Assembly (NCBI RefSeq): GCF_001194135.2
Contig: NC_068981.1
Span: 21,312,456-21,352,238, forward strand
From: Octopus bimaculoides
Taxonomy: Eukaryota
Direction of reading: 5' to 3'
DNA: 39,783 nucleotides
The translations under genes and the position numbers were made by a program. Under the pieces are notes generated by a model. It did not search any database. It had not been told where the DNA came from and saw nothing but the letters and a program-made list of their open reading frames with translations. Of the stretch, positions 10,045-21,651 are shown one piece after another. Each line of letters begins with the position of its first letter. Position 1 is the first letter of the stretch.

Positions 10045-10470
10045 AATTTCTGCTGTGATATAGAGTCTACTGTGACACAGTCTTCTATGATATAGTTTCT
10101 CATGACATGCACTTACTAAATATGTCACTCACTTTCTAATATTACACACTGTCTTTCCAAGATACACTCCATCTAACATGATATATGCAATCTACCATGA
10201 AATACAACCTGCTATGATACACGTAGCACACAATGCATTGCGACACAATCCTCTGCCAAGACACACCCAACCATATTACATAGTACAACCTCTACCATGA
10301 TACATACAGTCTATTATGACAGTCTCTGCTATGGCACACAGCCAACTATGAGATATTGTTGACTATGATGCACAGTCTCTACCATGGCATGAAACACAGA
10401 CCACCATAAGATACAGCTTACTAAGACACACATTCTATACCAAGACACACAGCCTACCATGACATAAACA
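10045..10470. repeat. Degenerate ~15-18 bp minisatellite, consensus near CATGATACACAGTCTAC
   Basis: About 20 variants of (C)TA(C/T)(C/T)ATGA(T/C)A(C/T)AC(A/G)G. Confidence 0.65.
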
Positions 10471-10639
10471 CTTTCTATCATTACTCACCATCTCCTGTGA
10501 ATAACTGACGGTTTGCCATGAATAATGCAATGATCCCTTTCATCAGCCTTTTTAAGTCACCCTCCACCATAGGCCTTGCACTAACCTTTCTCTCCTAAAC
10601 ATCATCACTTTGGACTCCTCCATACCTGCTCATGTCTTT

Positions 10640-12010
10640 CCTACAGGTATTGACTTGCAATGGCTTTGAGACAGACATAAATGGCATCAATTCAGTAGTC
10701 TTTGACAGCTCCTTCTTAAAAAGGACTTGTTTGCCAGATGAAAGTAACGTACATCTGTTTTTTTCTCCATTTTCAGCCAAATCTTTGATAAAGCATTGTG
10801 TTGCAATATTCAAAATGAGATCTCACCATTATTTTGAAGAGTGCTAGATGCACGATTTTTGTCAGTCATTCTTTACTTTCAATGCAGGAACATTATATGC
10901 AATTTCTTATCAATGATCACACATAAATATTTCTCAGTGGCTCCAAATGCATGATCTTTCAGAAAATAAGAACAATTAAATGCAAGTACATTTTACATTG
11001 AAAAAAGTAACTACCATTAATTAGACAAAAATAGTTTATTCAAATCTGACATCTTTGCACTCCAACTATCATTCACAGTGCGAAATACTCTTTTATTCTT
11101 TTACTCTTTTACTTGTTTCAGTCATTTGACTGCGGTCATGCTGGAGCACAGCCTTTAGTCGAGCAAATCAACCCCAGGACTTATTCTTTTTAAGCCTAGT
11201 ACTTATTCTATCGGTCTCTTTTGCCAAGCCGCTAAGTTATGGGGACGTAAACACACCACCATCGGTTGTCAAGCGATGTTGGGGGGACAAACACAGACAC
11301 ACAAACACACACATATATATATATACATATACATATATACGATGGGCTTCTTTCAGTTTCCGTCTACCAAATCCACTCACAAGGCTTTGGTCAGCCCGAG
11401 GCTATAGTAGAAGACACTTGCCCAAGATGCCACACAGTGGGACTGAACCCGGAACCATGTGGTTCGTTAGCAAGCTACTTACCACACAGCCACAAAGTCA
11501 TTGGAAAATAATTTGCACATATTTTCAACAATCTATTATATATGAAACCAACAAACAAGATAGGACTCAACATAGAACTTTGTGAGATGCAATTTCTTGC
11601 TGTCAGCACAAACATTTTACCTTCTTTTACAAGAAATTTACAGTTCTTTTCCCAAGGCTTGCTCTATAATTTCTTAAGTTTTAAGTGCTTATGCAATTTT
11701 GTAATGTGTGGTTCTTCCCACATTGCAAATAGAACACTGTTGAGGATAGGAAGATGGTATTCAACAACTAATTTTCACAGTAATCATGGATTCCATCCAA
11801 CTTGACCTTAGTGCTTTATTTATGAATAAGACTTTCAGTTTTGTAAAGACCATATTTTTTTGTGATGCTGAGAGTAAGCAATGGATACCCTTAAAAATAT
11901 CTGTTGTTGTTGAGGTCTGAAAGATTGTACCACCTTATGGGAATACACTACTGAAGAATGTATAAAGTGGAGGATTTTCCTTCTAGAGAGACAATCTTGA
12001 GTCCCTTGGT
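10640..12010 (-). pseudogene. Fossil non-LTR reverse transcriptase, I/Jockey group (I, Nimb or similar), split by a SINE
   Basis: Collinear motifs on the minus strand: IPIRWYNLSDLNNNR (11944-11900), KYGL.KT, KLHK..KL, NCKFLVKEG, CISQSSMLSPILF..FIYNRLL (to ~11530), LFSND, KYLCVIIDKKL (10932-10900), LFKIMVRSHFEYCNTMLY (10841-10788), GAVK/TT..LQV. Confidence 0.7.
11086..11493 (-). mobile_element. Near full-length tRNA-derived SINE family D
   Basis: Reverse complement of GTGGCTGTGTGGTAAGTAGCTTGC...GGGTTCAGTCCC...internal (TA/TG)n...GACTGAAACAAGTAAAAGAG. Confidence 0.9.
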
Positions 12011-12224
12011 TAAGTTTCCTTGTATTTTGAAGAGAATTTAGCTTTGTCATAGCATTGAAAGTCATAGCAATATTTTCTTTAAACATGTTCTTGTCGACAA
12101 TACTTTTTGATGTTTCTCAGTTTGATAATGTTACAATTCATACATAAATTTCTGTGTTTAAATAGAGTGTGTTTACCGAGTCACAATTTTTGACTACTAT
12201 TTTCATAGTGAGTCACTATGAATG

Positions 12225-12420
12225 CCTCTACCCTGTCACCTGATCGGCCAGAAATAGCAAGTAAATCTTCCTCGTTTACATTATATTATTGTATAAATAA
12301 AGAATGTGTGATCCTCAATGTGTAAAAGAATTGAATTGTCTTAGCTTTGATCATGATTGGGCAGATCATGATCTGCTCAAGCATGGCTGACCTAGGGCCA
12401 AATTATAACTATTACAACTT
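12225..12420 (+). mobile_element. Degenerate family C copy
   Basis: CCAGAAATAGCAAG...CTTTGATCATG...CTGCTCAAGCATGGCTGACCTAGGGCCAAA. Confidence 0.45.
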
Positions 12421-12946
12421 CTACTATCTACAGAGTCATGAAGAGCCCACAATAAACATCACTAAAAATTGTAGTTCATTCATCTTCCCAGTTGATTCTT
12501 GAAACTCTGGTGTCTTATGGCTGCATAATCTGATTTGATATAATCAAGATAGTTGACAGAACCATTTTCTATAGAATATCATTAATGACTGCCACTTTCA
12601 ACATAGAAAGGTGTTGCTTTTATTCTGTAAATATCTCAGACTCTGAACTATATGCTTCCTTCATTCATTGCAGTAATATTTAAGAGACTGAATGTTTGCA
12701 ACCATCCTGTTGAGGTTTGGTTCACTAGTATGTTATCAAAGATAAGAATCATCAAGAGCAGAAATAAAATTCTTTAAATGTACAAGGTTATCAGGTACAG
12801 AATCATTGATTCGGTCAATTCCCTTGTTAATATCTTAAGTAGTTTGCCATCTGCTTTAAAGTTTGTGGTAATTTTAACATCTTTGAAAAACAATTTCTTC
12901 ACAAAGAGAACAACTTTTTTAATGGCAGAGACTCTAAAATCTTATA

Positions 12947-13287
12947 CAGTAATCCCTTGACTATCACAGGTGTTACGTTCCAAACCCTCCCGCGATTGCA
13001 ATCAGTGAAAATCTGCAAAGTAGAAACAGTACTGTATTGCATATTTTTTCTAATTATTTTTATAACTTGTATATATTTATTTTATTATAAATGCAGAACA
13101 ACACCATGGAAGAATCAACGTAAGCTTAAATAATAAGCCATGATAGGTGAGCCACGATAGGTGAACTGCGATAAGTGAACCATGATATATGAACTGTGGT
13201 AGGTGAACTGCGATATGTGAACCACAATAGGTGAGCCATGATAGGTGAACCACGATAGATGAACTGCAATATGGTGAGGGATTACTG
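12947..13287. mobile_element. pogo/Tigger-type MITE (IS630-Tc1-mariner superfamily), TA TSD
   Basis: TA|CAGTAATCCCT ... AGGGATTACTG|TA; no ORF. Confidence 0.85.
13137..13277. repeat. 14-bp x10 subterminal tandem array inside the MITE
   Basis: Units GCCATGATAGGTGA, GCCACGATAGGTGA, ACTGCGATAAGTGA, ACCATGATATATGA and so on. Confidence 0.9.
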
Positions 13288-13311
13288 TATTCTGTTATTA
13301 AAGCTTACATA

Positions 13312-13411
13312 AGTGGCACCTTGAGCAAGTATCTTTTCATATAGTCTCATGCCAATCAATGCTTTGTGAGTGAATTTCATAAATGGAAACTGTGTGGAAT
13401 CCCATCATGTG

Positions 13412-13462
<51 letters not shown>

Positions 13463-13580
13463 ATGTGCTCATATTTGTGCAAGTGTCTTTGTGTTTGTGC
13501 CAGTTTATTTGACTAAACCTGTCAAGGAAGTGTCCTAGCATGGCTACCATTCAATGACTGAAACAAGTAAAAGATAGAAA
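13312..13580 (+). mobile_element. SINE family D with expanded internal (GT)n
   Basis: GTGGCACCTTGAGCAAGT...GGAAACTGTGTGGAATCCC (GT)n ... CATGGCTACCATTCAATGACTGAAACAAGTAAAAGA. Confidence 0.75.
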
Positions 13581-13762
13581 ACAAAATACATGTAAAATAC
13601 CCATTAGAATAGTTTCAGATCGATGTTTAGAAGGTGATCTAAATCTATCTATAAACATTTAAGTTTGTTGTTGCTGGCTTTTCTTGAGATAGCTTATAGG
13701 CAGCATTACAATATTTGGTAATATAGACCCAAGATGACTGTTGTTAAACAGCAATACTATAT

Positions 13763-14166
13763 ATCATCATTATGATTTAACGTCTGCTTTCTTTGCTGGC
13801 ATGGGTTGCACGGTTCGACTGAAAACTGGTAAATCGGGGAGTTGCATCAGCTTCCAGTATGATTTGACATGGTTTCTATGGCTGGATGCCCTTCCTAATG
13901 CCAACCACTCCAGGAGTGATGTGGATGTTGTTTATGTGCCATTGGCACAAGTGCCATTGATGGGACACCAGCATCAGTCATGACTAAGATCTCACTTGAC
14001 TTGACAGGTCTTCACAAGCACACTTTATCACAAAAGGTCTTGGTCACCTGTCACTACCTCCATGAGGCCCAACACTCAAATGGTGCTTTTTACATGCTAG
14101 TCAGCATGGGTGCCACTCAAATGGCACTGGCTTCAGCTACAACTACTATTTCGCTCGGCTTGACAA
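13763..14166 (-). mobile_element. Family B RTE-tailed element with internal repeat modules
   Basis: Terminal module, GGATGCCCTTCCTAATGCCAACC, and CTCACTTGACTTGACAGGTCTTCACAAGCAC. Confidence 0.8.
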
Positions 14167-15557
14167 TATTAAAACAACTATTTGAAGGAATGTGTGAATC
14201 AAACTGCAATCTAGAAAACTCTGGAGAGCCTATCACATGAAAACTAGCCTCTGATTGGCTGATAACTCAGCCTTATATATGAAAGAGTCATGGCTTTTTT
14301 TAAGTCCATAATTGTGGAAACTCAGGCTCAAGTCTTGCTATAGTTCTATTTGAATCTGCAGTTGTTGCTCTGACTTGGATTACAATTAAGAACTGATTTG
14401 CTCAGTAAAGAAGGAGTTTTCTACACACAAAGAATTATTTATTGAAATCACAGAGAACCTTGGAAGAAACAAAGTAGAGAATAAAGAAAGATTGATTAAC
14501 ATAATGTAAATTTAATCACATTAATTTTACTAGTTAGTGAATGTTTACTTAAGCTATGGGCAATGTCCCTCCTCCTCTGACTAATTATATAAAATTTAAA
14601 AATAAATAGAAGCAGGTAACTAAAGAAAAGATATTTAATCCTTTTGATACTATCCTACCTGAGACAGTTCCTTCCTGATTCAAGATGATCTAAATTTGCA
14701 CTTACCATCCAAATTTCATGTTATTTTGTCCAGATTATTTATGATAAGGTTATAACACTAAATTCTTCATTACTTTCAAAAATAATTGAAACAAAATCAG
14801 TGTGTTCCAACAGAAACTAAGTAAAGAAAGAGTAAACAAACTGCTCCAAAACCATCTTACTTCTAGCATAGATTGACAAAAGTATAAAACAACAAAGAAA
14901 AATATCTTTTTTTTTTTATGTATTTGATGATACATGAAAGTTCTATATTTTGGAAGAGAGAAAAAGAAAGATGCAATGTCCAAGCATTGCTCAAAAATAT
15001 TTGCAGAACAAGGGAAATGATATAGTTTTCACTCGGATTCAAAATAGTATTGTGCATTCAACAAAACCACACCCAACCACTTCCTCTATGGCAATTACAG
15101 AGAATTTATAACTTTGCTTCAAGGCTACAAATTTTACCAATAAATGTTTGTGGATTTGATCTTAGTTCAAAGAAATCTATAAATGCAAAACTATGGTATT
15201 TAAAGATGGCAAGCAAAACCATGAAATAAACCAATAAACCACTTGCAAATTACACATGAGAAGATGTGGTTAATAGTTATGTAGAGAATTGTGAATTTGA
15301 CTAAAATAAACAAGTGTAGCAGTAAAAAGTGGCTTTATTCACATTTTCTATTGATCAATAACTTAGTTTAATTGTGACGAGCTACTAGTGACCATAATAA
15401 AATGTACATATGATATGAGGTTTCATTTTCAACATCATCAAGTGATTAATACATACAAAAAACAATGAATACTGAAGAGTGTTACATGAAAATGTTAAAT
15501 ATATAGAAGTCAATGCAGCATTCTGCAATTCTGCAAATTTGTTGATGAGTCTGGTTT

Positions 15558-15671
<114 letters not shown>

Positions 15672-15689
15672 GTGGTTGTAAATGTATAT

Positions 15690-15910
15690 ATCAGCAGCAG
15701 CAGTATTATTTGATTTGTCTTCCAAGCTAGCGTGGCTTGAATGGTAATAGGATCCAACAAGCCAGAGGATTGTGTCAAGCTTCAGTGTCTGTTTTGGTGG
15801 GCATTTTACAGCTGGAGACCATTTCTAACATCAGTCACTTTACAGAGTGTCCTGGATGCTTTTTCCATGACATGCACAAGTGAAGTAACCAAGTAACTCA
15901 CAAGACAAAT
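15690..15910 (-). mobile_element. Old family B copy
   Basis: TTTTACAGCTGGAGACCATTTCTAACATCAGTCACTTTACAGAGTG. Confidence 0.55.
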
Positions 15911-16044
15911 AAAAGCCCCTTGACTTAGTGGGATTCTGGCTGAGAGGGAAATGGATTTATTCCAGATGGCTACAGTATGATTGAGGGATAAGCAGTGATG
16001 TCTTGCTATTGATGAGATTCATAGTTACCCAACATAATAAAAGG

Positions 16045-16172
16045 CTGTTTGGTTGGTTGGTTGGTTGGTAGGCTGGTTGGTTGGTTGGTTGGTTGGTTGA
16101 TTGGTTGGTCGGTTAGTAGGTTGGTCGGTTGTTCAGTCGGTTGGTCGGTCGGTCAGTTGGTTGGTTGGTTGT
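16045..16172. repeat. (GGTT/GGTC)n tetranucleotide array
   Basis: Direct reading. Confidence 0.95.
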
Positions 16173-16374
16173 ACCTGGGGAAAAAGCAATGATGAGGTGA
16201 TGAAGTGTCAGCATGTGCTCTCAAGATACAAGAAGGTGTGTATAAGAGAGAATACAAAGAATTAGGAAGGATTAGTAGATTAGAGTGTGAGAGATGGTTA
16301 GAGACAAGGATAGAGGTAAATCTTTTATTATCTTTTATTCGTTTCAGTCATTAGACTGTGGCCATACTTGGTAT

Positions 16375-16975
16375 AATTCTCTAGCTACCTTGTATAATAT
16401 CCCATTCTTCTAGGCTTGTCTCTTCACTTTTATGGCTCTGCTTACTCCACTGTTCCACCACCATGTTGCTCTCATGTTTTCTAAGACTAGTCAAAGTTTG
16501 ATTATCCTATCTCACACTCTGATTTCCTTGGTAACCTTCTCTTCTCTGAGAACAGAAAGAAATGTGAGATGGAGTGTGTGATGAAAGATTTAAGACAACG
16601 GACATTAAAATAAGAACAATAATAAAACTGAAATAAAGAATGAAAATTGGTAAAAAAATAAATAAATGACCATCCCAAAATATAATAATATCTGTTTCAA
16701 ACACGATTTCACATCAGGAATCTTGCAAAACAAATACATAAACATAACTTCTCTACCCATTTCTCAACCAAAAGTATACATACACCTTCTACATCATCAC
16801 TATTGCCTACTCAGAAGAATTAATATCTATGTTTCTTGCTCATGAAAAGTATAACTGAGGCTCCCTTCCATCTTATCTCTTGCACACAGAACATGGCTGC
16901 ACACCTCTGCTCTAGAATTTCAACAATCTCAACTAAATCTATCTTTTATTGCACCTACCTTGATTATGGCTCTTC
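16375..16975 (-). pseudogene. RTE LINE 5' coding fossil: AP-endonuclease N-terminus plus linker, internally deleted
   Basis: Minus strand reads VGAIKDRFS/EIVEILEQRCAAMFCVQEIRWKGAS..LFMSKKHRY*FF*VGNSDDVEGVCILLVEKWVEK (16975-16745), then TWWWNSGVSRAIKVKRQA*KNG..ARELY (~16480-16375); both are typical of RTE ORFs. Confidence 0.8.
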
Positions 16976-17334
16976 TATGGTTGTGGACTGGACAGGAAGA
17001 GTGAGTGGATAGTATCTGAAAATAAGAAGATTTGTGTGAACATTTGCCTGAAGGCAGTTGGTGTTTGCACAAGTCTAAATAATTATCATAAGTATTACTG
17101 TCCAATGACTTACCATATCTCCCTAATCTTGAAATCCTCAGGCTCCAAACAAAATAAAAGCCTATACTTAGACTTAGCAATTCTTACTCAAGTGGAGAAA
17201 GGTACATTGCCATTCATGTCAAGAATGATTAACAATGCTGATTGTCTGCATACACTGTAGATATATTTTACATGTATGAGGACAACATATGAGTGTTAAT
17301 ATGTATATGTATATATATAAATCCATATTTATCT

Positions 17335-17347
17335 TTCTGTCTGTCTA

Positions 17348-17390
<43 letters not shown>

Positions 17391-17530
17391 TATCTATCTA
17401 TCTATCTATCTATCTATCTCTCTCTCTATATATATATACATACATACATATATATANNNNNNNNNNNNNNNNNNNNNNNNNNNNNNNNNNNNNNNTATAT
17501 ATATATATATATATATACACATATATATAT
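17335..17530. repeat. Compound (CTGT)n-(CTAT)n-(CT)n-(TA)n microsatellite with gap
   Basis: Direct reading. Confidence 0.95.
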
Positions 17531-18262
17531 GTATATATATATATACATACACACACACACACACAAGTATTTAAATATATATGTGCGTACACCCTATTTT
17601 CTATAATTTGATCAATATTTGCAATTCTAGGAATATAGAAATAGAAATAGCAGTTTTTGTTTCAGTAAGTAGGAAATACCAATTGTCTAATTTTAGTAGT
17701 AAGTTAAACTAAGGGGAAAAAAATATTGTGCTGAGTTGAAATAAAATTAGACCAAAAGAAATTCTCAATTTCGTTGAAAGAATGGAGTTTTCCCTTGAAG
17801 ACATTTCATTCACAAAGTATTAACAAAGTGCGATAAGATTTTGTGAAATTAGTATATTTATCCAAATGAATAGTAGACGAAAGGAATGTGGTGAAAATTT
17901 TGTAGATAAAAAGTGAAGAAGAAAGAAGAGAAGTTGGTATAAAAAGACAGTTTTGATATGGTAGAGTGTATTAAAGAAGTTTAAATAAAACAGGAAGAGA
18001 GTTTGATAAGGAAGCAAATAAGGTCAGAAAGACTTTGAGTCCATTGTAAAGACTAACTGCTTTATATATATATATTTATGTATATTACTTGTTTTTATGT
18101 TCCTATGTATATATTTGTTTTTGCATACATATGCTTCTATATATGTGCATATGTATATTGCTACATTTGTACTTCAATGTATATGGTTGTGTGCTATATT
18201 TCCTTGCATCTGACTGTGTGTTTATGTGAAAAACAAGTATTGTGTCAGGTTGTTATATACAT

Positions 18263-18400
18263 ATCATCATCATCGTTTGATGTCCGTTTTCCATGCTGGT
18301 ATGGATTGGACGGTTTGACTGAGGTCTGGAAAGCCAGCAGCTGCACCAGGTTCCAATCTGATCTGGCAATGTTTCTACAGCTGGATGCCCTTCCTAATGC
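18263..18400 (-). mobile_element. Family B 3' terminal module, fused head-to-head to the RTE fragment
   Basis: (CAT)n...CTGGATGCCCTTCCTAATGC ends exactly where the RTE coding fragment begins. Confidence 0.85.
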
Positions 18401-19410
18401 TACAAGGCAGTGAAACATGGGCTATAACTGCTGAGGACATGCACAGGCTTGGAAGAAATGAAGTTAGTATGCTCCGCTGGGTGTGTAATGTCAGTGTGCA
18501 TGCACAACAGAGTGTATGCATCCTGAGAGAAAAGTTGGATACAAGAAGCATCAGATGTGGTGTGGAAGAAGTAGACCCAGGTAGACCTGGGATGAGGTAG
18601 TGAAGCATGATCTTCGAATGTTAGTCCTCACAGAGGCAATGACAAGGAAACAAGATCTTTGGAGATATGCCGTGCATGAGAAAACCCATCAAGCTGAGTG
18701 AGATTGTAGTTATGGCTGATGCCAGTGTCATTTAACTGGCATGTTAAAAGAACCCTGCAATTGCTGGGTGATATGCTGTGCTTGTGAAGACCTATCAAAC
18801 CCAGTGAAATTCTAGTCATGTCTGATGCCAGTGCCATCTGACTGGCACCCATGCCGTGGCATGTAAAAAGCTCCATTTGTGCATTGGGCCTCATGGAGGC
18901 AGTGATGTCAGGCCAAGTGAGACCTTAGTCGTAGCCGATGCCGGTGTTGTGTAACTGGCCTGTTAAAAGCACGCTTCAATTGTTGGGCAACATGCTGTGC
19001 TTGTGAAGACCTGTTGAACCAAGTGAAATCGTAGTTGTGGTCGATGCCAGTGTTGCTGACTGGCATCTGTGCTAGTGGCATGTAAAAGCACCATTTGAGC
19101 ATTGAAACTCATGGAGGCAGTGACAGGTGACCAAGACCCTTGGTGTTATACTGTGCTTGTGTTGACCTGTCAATCCAAGTGAGACCATAGTCATGGTTGA
19201 TGCTGGTGTCAAGTCAATGGCACCCATACCAGTGTCACATAAAGAACACCCACCACACTCTCAGAGTGGTTGATGTTAGGAAGGGCATCCAGCCATAGAA
19301 ACCTTGACAAATCAGACTGGAACTTGGTGCAGCCCCCAGCTTACCACTTTTCAGCCAAACCGTCCAACCCATACCAGCAGGGAAAGCAGACATTAAACGA
19401 TGATGAAGAT
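18401..19410 (+). mobile_element. 5'-truncated RTE LINE: post-RT C-terminus, repetitive 3' UTR, terminal module and (GAT)n tail
   Basis: MLQGSETWAITAEDMHRLGRNEVSMLRWVCNVSV..LREKLD.RSIRCGV, an internal deletion, then SRPR*TWDEVVKHDLRMLVLTEAMT..DLWRYAVHEKTHQAE* (TGA at 18699). Confidence 0.9.
18697..19240 (+). repeat. 219-bp higher-order tandem repeat (106+113-bp subunits) forming the RTE 3' UTR
   Basis: The AGTGA(G/A)A anchor recurs at 18697, 18803, 18916, 19022 and 19178. Confidence 0.8.
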
Positions 19411-19545
19411 AATGAAAGCTCAGCACTTTATGGATGCAAAACCACTGGTCACTCTATGACCAGACATATATTTAACAGCATGTAAATACATTATTGCCCT
19501 ATCCTTTTGGGTGTGTTTCTTTCCTGGAAATATGATCCACTGAAT

Positions 19546-19590
<45 letters not shown>

Positions 19591-20506
19591 NNNNNNNNNN
19601 NNNNNNNNNNNNNNNNNNNNNNNNNNNNNNNNNNNNNNNNNNNNNNNNNNNNNNNNNNNNNNNNNNNNNNNNNNNNNNNNNNNNNNNNNNNNNNNNNNNN
19701 NNNNNNNNNNNNNNNNNNNNNNNNNNNNNNNNNNNNNNNNNNNNNNNNNNNNNNNNNNNNNNNNNNNNNNNNNNNNNNNNNNNNNNNNNNNNNNNNNNNN
19801 NNNNNNNNNNNNNNNNNNNNNNNNNNNNNNNNNNNNNNNNNNNNNNNNNNNNNNNNNNNNNNNNNNNNNNNNNNNNNNNNNNNNNNNNNNNNNNNNNNNN
19901 NNNNNNNNNNNNNNNNNNNNNNNNNNNNNNNNNNNNNNNNNNNNNNNNNNNNNNNNNNNNNNNNNNNNNNNNNNNNNNNNNNNNNNNNNNNNNNNNNNNN
20001 NNNNNNNNNNNNNNNNNNNNNNNNNNNNNNNNNNNNNNNNNNNNNNNNNNNNNNNNNNNNNNNNNNNNNNNNNNNNNNNNNNNNNNNNNNNNNNNNNNNN
20101 NNNNNNNNNNNNNNNNNNNNNNNNNNNNNNNNNNNNNNNNNNNNNNNNNNNNNNNNNNNNNNNNNNNNNNNNNNNNNNNNNNNNNNNNNNNNNNNNNNNN
20201 NNNNNNNNNNNNNNNNNNNNNNNNNNNNNNNNNNNNNNNNNNNNNNNNNNNNNNNNNNNNNNNNNNNNNNNNNNNNNNNNNNNNNNNNNNNNNNNNNNNN
20301 NNNNNNNNNNNNNNNNNNNNNNNNNNNNNNNNNNNNNNNNNNNNNNNNNNNNNNNNNNNNNNNNNNNNNNNNNNNNNNNNNNNNNNNNNNNNNNNNNNNN
20401 NNNNNNNNNNNNNNNNNNNNNNNNNNNNNNNNNNNNNNNNNNNNNNNNNNNNNNNNNNNNNNNNNNNNNNNNNNNNNNNNNNNNNNNNNNNNNNNNNNNN
20501 NNNNNN

Positions 20507-20551
<45 letters not shown>

Positions 20552-21618
20552 AGTGGCAAAATTAGTTATTCAACAAAGTACATTTGGAAAATGAATTGCA
20601 AAGCAATTACTTATGAGAGTGCTCAATAAAATTACTGTTATACACCTATGTACACATAGCAGTCAAACTATGAAAATGGTTTGTAGCAGAAATATATCAA
20701 AATAAATATGAATATCACCAGGGTCAGGAAACCATGTTGCTGCAATGAAGCTGCCCCTGTAAACAGTCCAACAAGTCATGTTATCAGTCAGAACTGAATT
20801 TATTTATAGCTCTAAAACATTAATTTATGAATTAGCTTCATAGTAACTGCTTCAGAACTCATTTTCTTCATGTATTTTGATAAATGACTATATTTGTGAC
20901 TCCAAAGATATTATGCTTGCTATATTTGTTTATTTACTCTTGAGGGTTAACTACCACGAAATATTGGTGAGGCTTATCTATGAAGTTTCTCTAAAACATT
21001 TATATCTCCTGACTCGACTGCTGCTAGTATATTCTTTATGAATACATACATGTTTCTTGTTATTCAGTTCAAGCTAACACAATTAATTGAACTGTTTATA
21101 GAGCCAAAAGAGGATTCATGGTTCTGTGCCCCAGTCATACATATATATAGTTTGATATGTTTATGTTTCTAGCTGTTTTTTTTTTTTTTTGGTTGGTTAA
21201 ACCACACACACACAAACACAGAGTCACTCATATGCACTTAAACACATGGACAAACATAATCACTCTCAATGTGTTGTGATTGCATATGATAGATGGTAAC
21301 TGTACAAAGCATGTCATATATATATATATATATANNNNNNNNNNNNNNNNNNNNNNNNNNNNNNNNNNNNNNNNNNNNNNNNNNNNNNNNNNNNNNNNNN
21401 NNNNNNNNNNNNNNNNNNNNNNNNNNNNNNNNNNNNNNNNNNNNNNNNNNNNNNNNNNNNNNNNNNNNNNNNNNNNNNNNNNNNNNNNNNNNNNNNNNNN
21501 NNNNNNNNNNNNNNNNNNNNNNNNNNNNNNNNNNNNNNNNNNNNNNNNNNNNNNNNNNNNNNNNNNNNNNNNNNNNNNNNNNNNNNNNNNNNNNNNNNNN
21601 NNNNNNNNNNNNNNNNNN

Positions 21619-21649
<31 letters not shown>

Positions 21650-21651
21650 AA

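Noticed and set aside
13137-13277. CRISPR-like array (also considered for the 27-bp and 17-bp arrays)
   Set aside because: Units are contiguous with no unique spacers, the context is eukaryotic, and there are no cas genes.
14700-14830. Minus-strand perfect donor G|GTAAGT at 14705 (and another at 17113)
   Set aside because: At 14705 all frames from the nearest acceptor are closed; 17113 lies next to the RTE fossil. Neither has partner exons.
18697-19240. Hammerhead ribozyme / retrozyme interpretation of the hairpin repeats
   Set aside because: CTGATG is followed by CC rather than A, and there is no GAAA after the stem, so the catalytic core is absent on both strands.
19561-21650. Large gaps flanked by (TA)n as hidden features
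   Set aside because: Nearly all large gaps abut (TA)n or A-tracts, the typical short-read assembly failure, so nothing can be inferred about their content.
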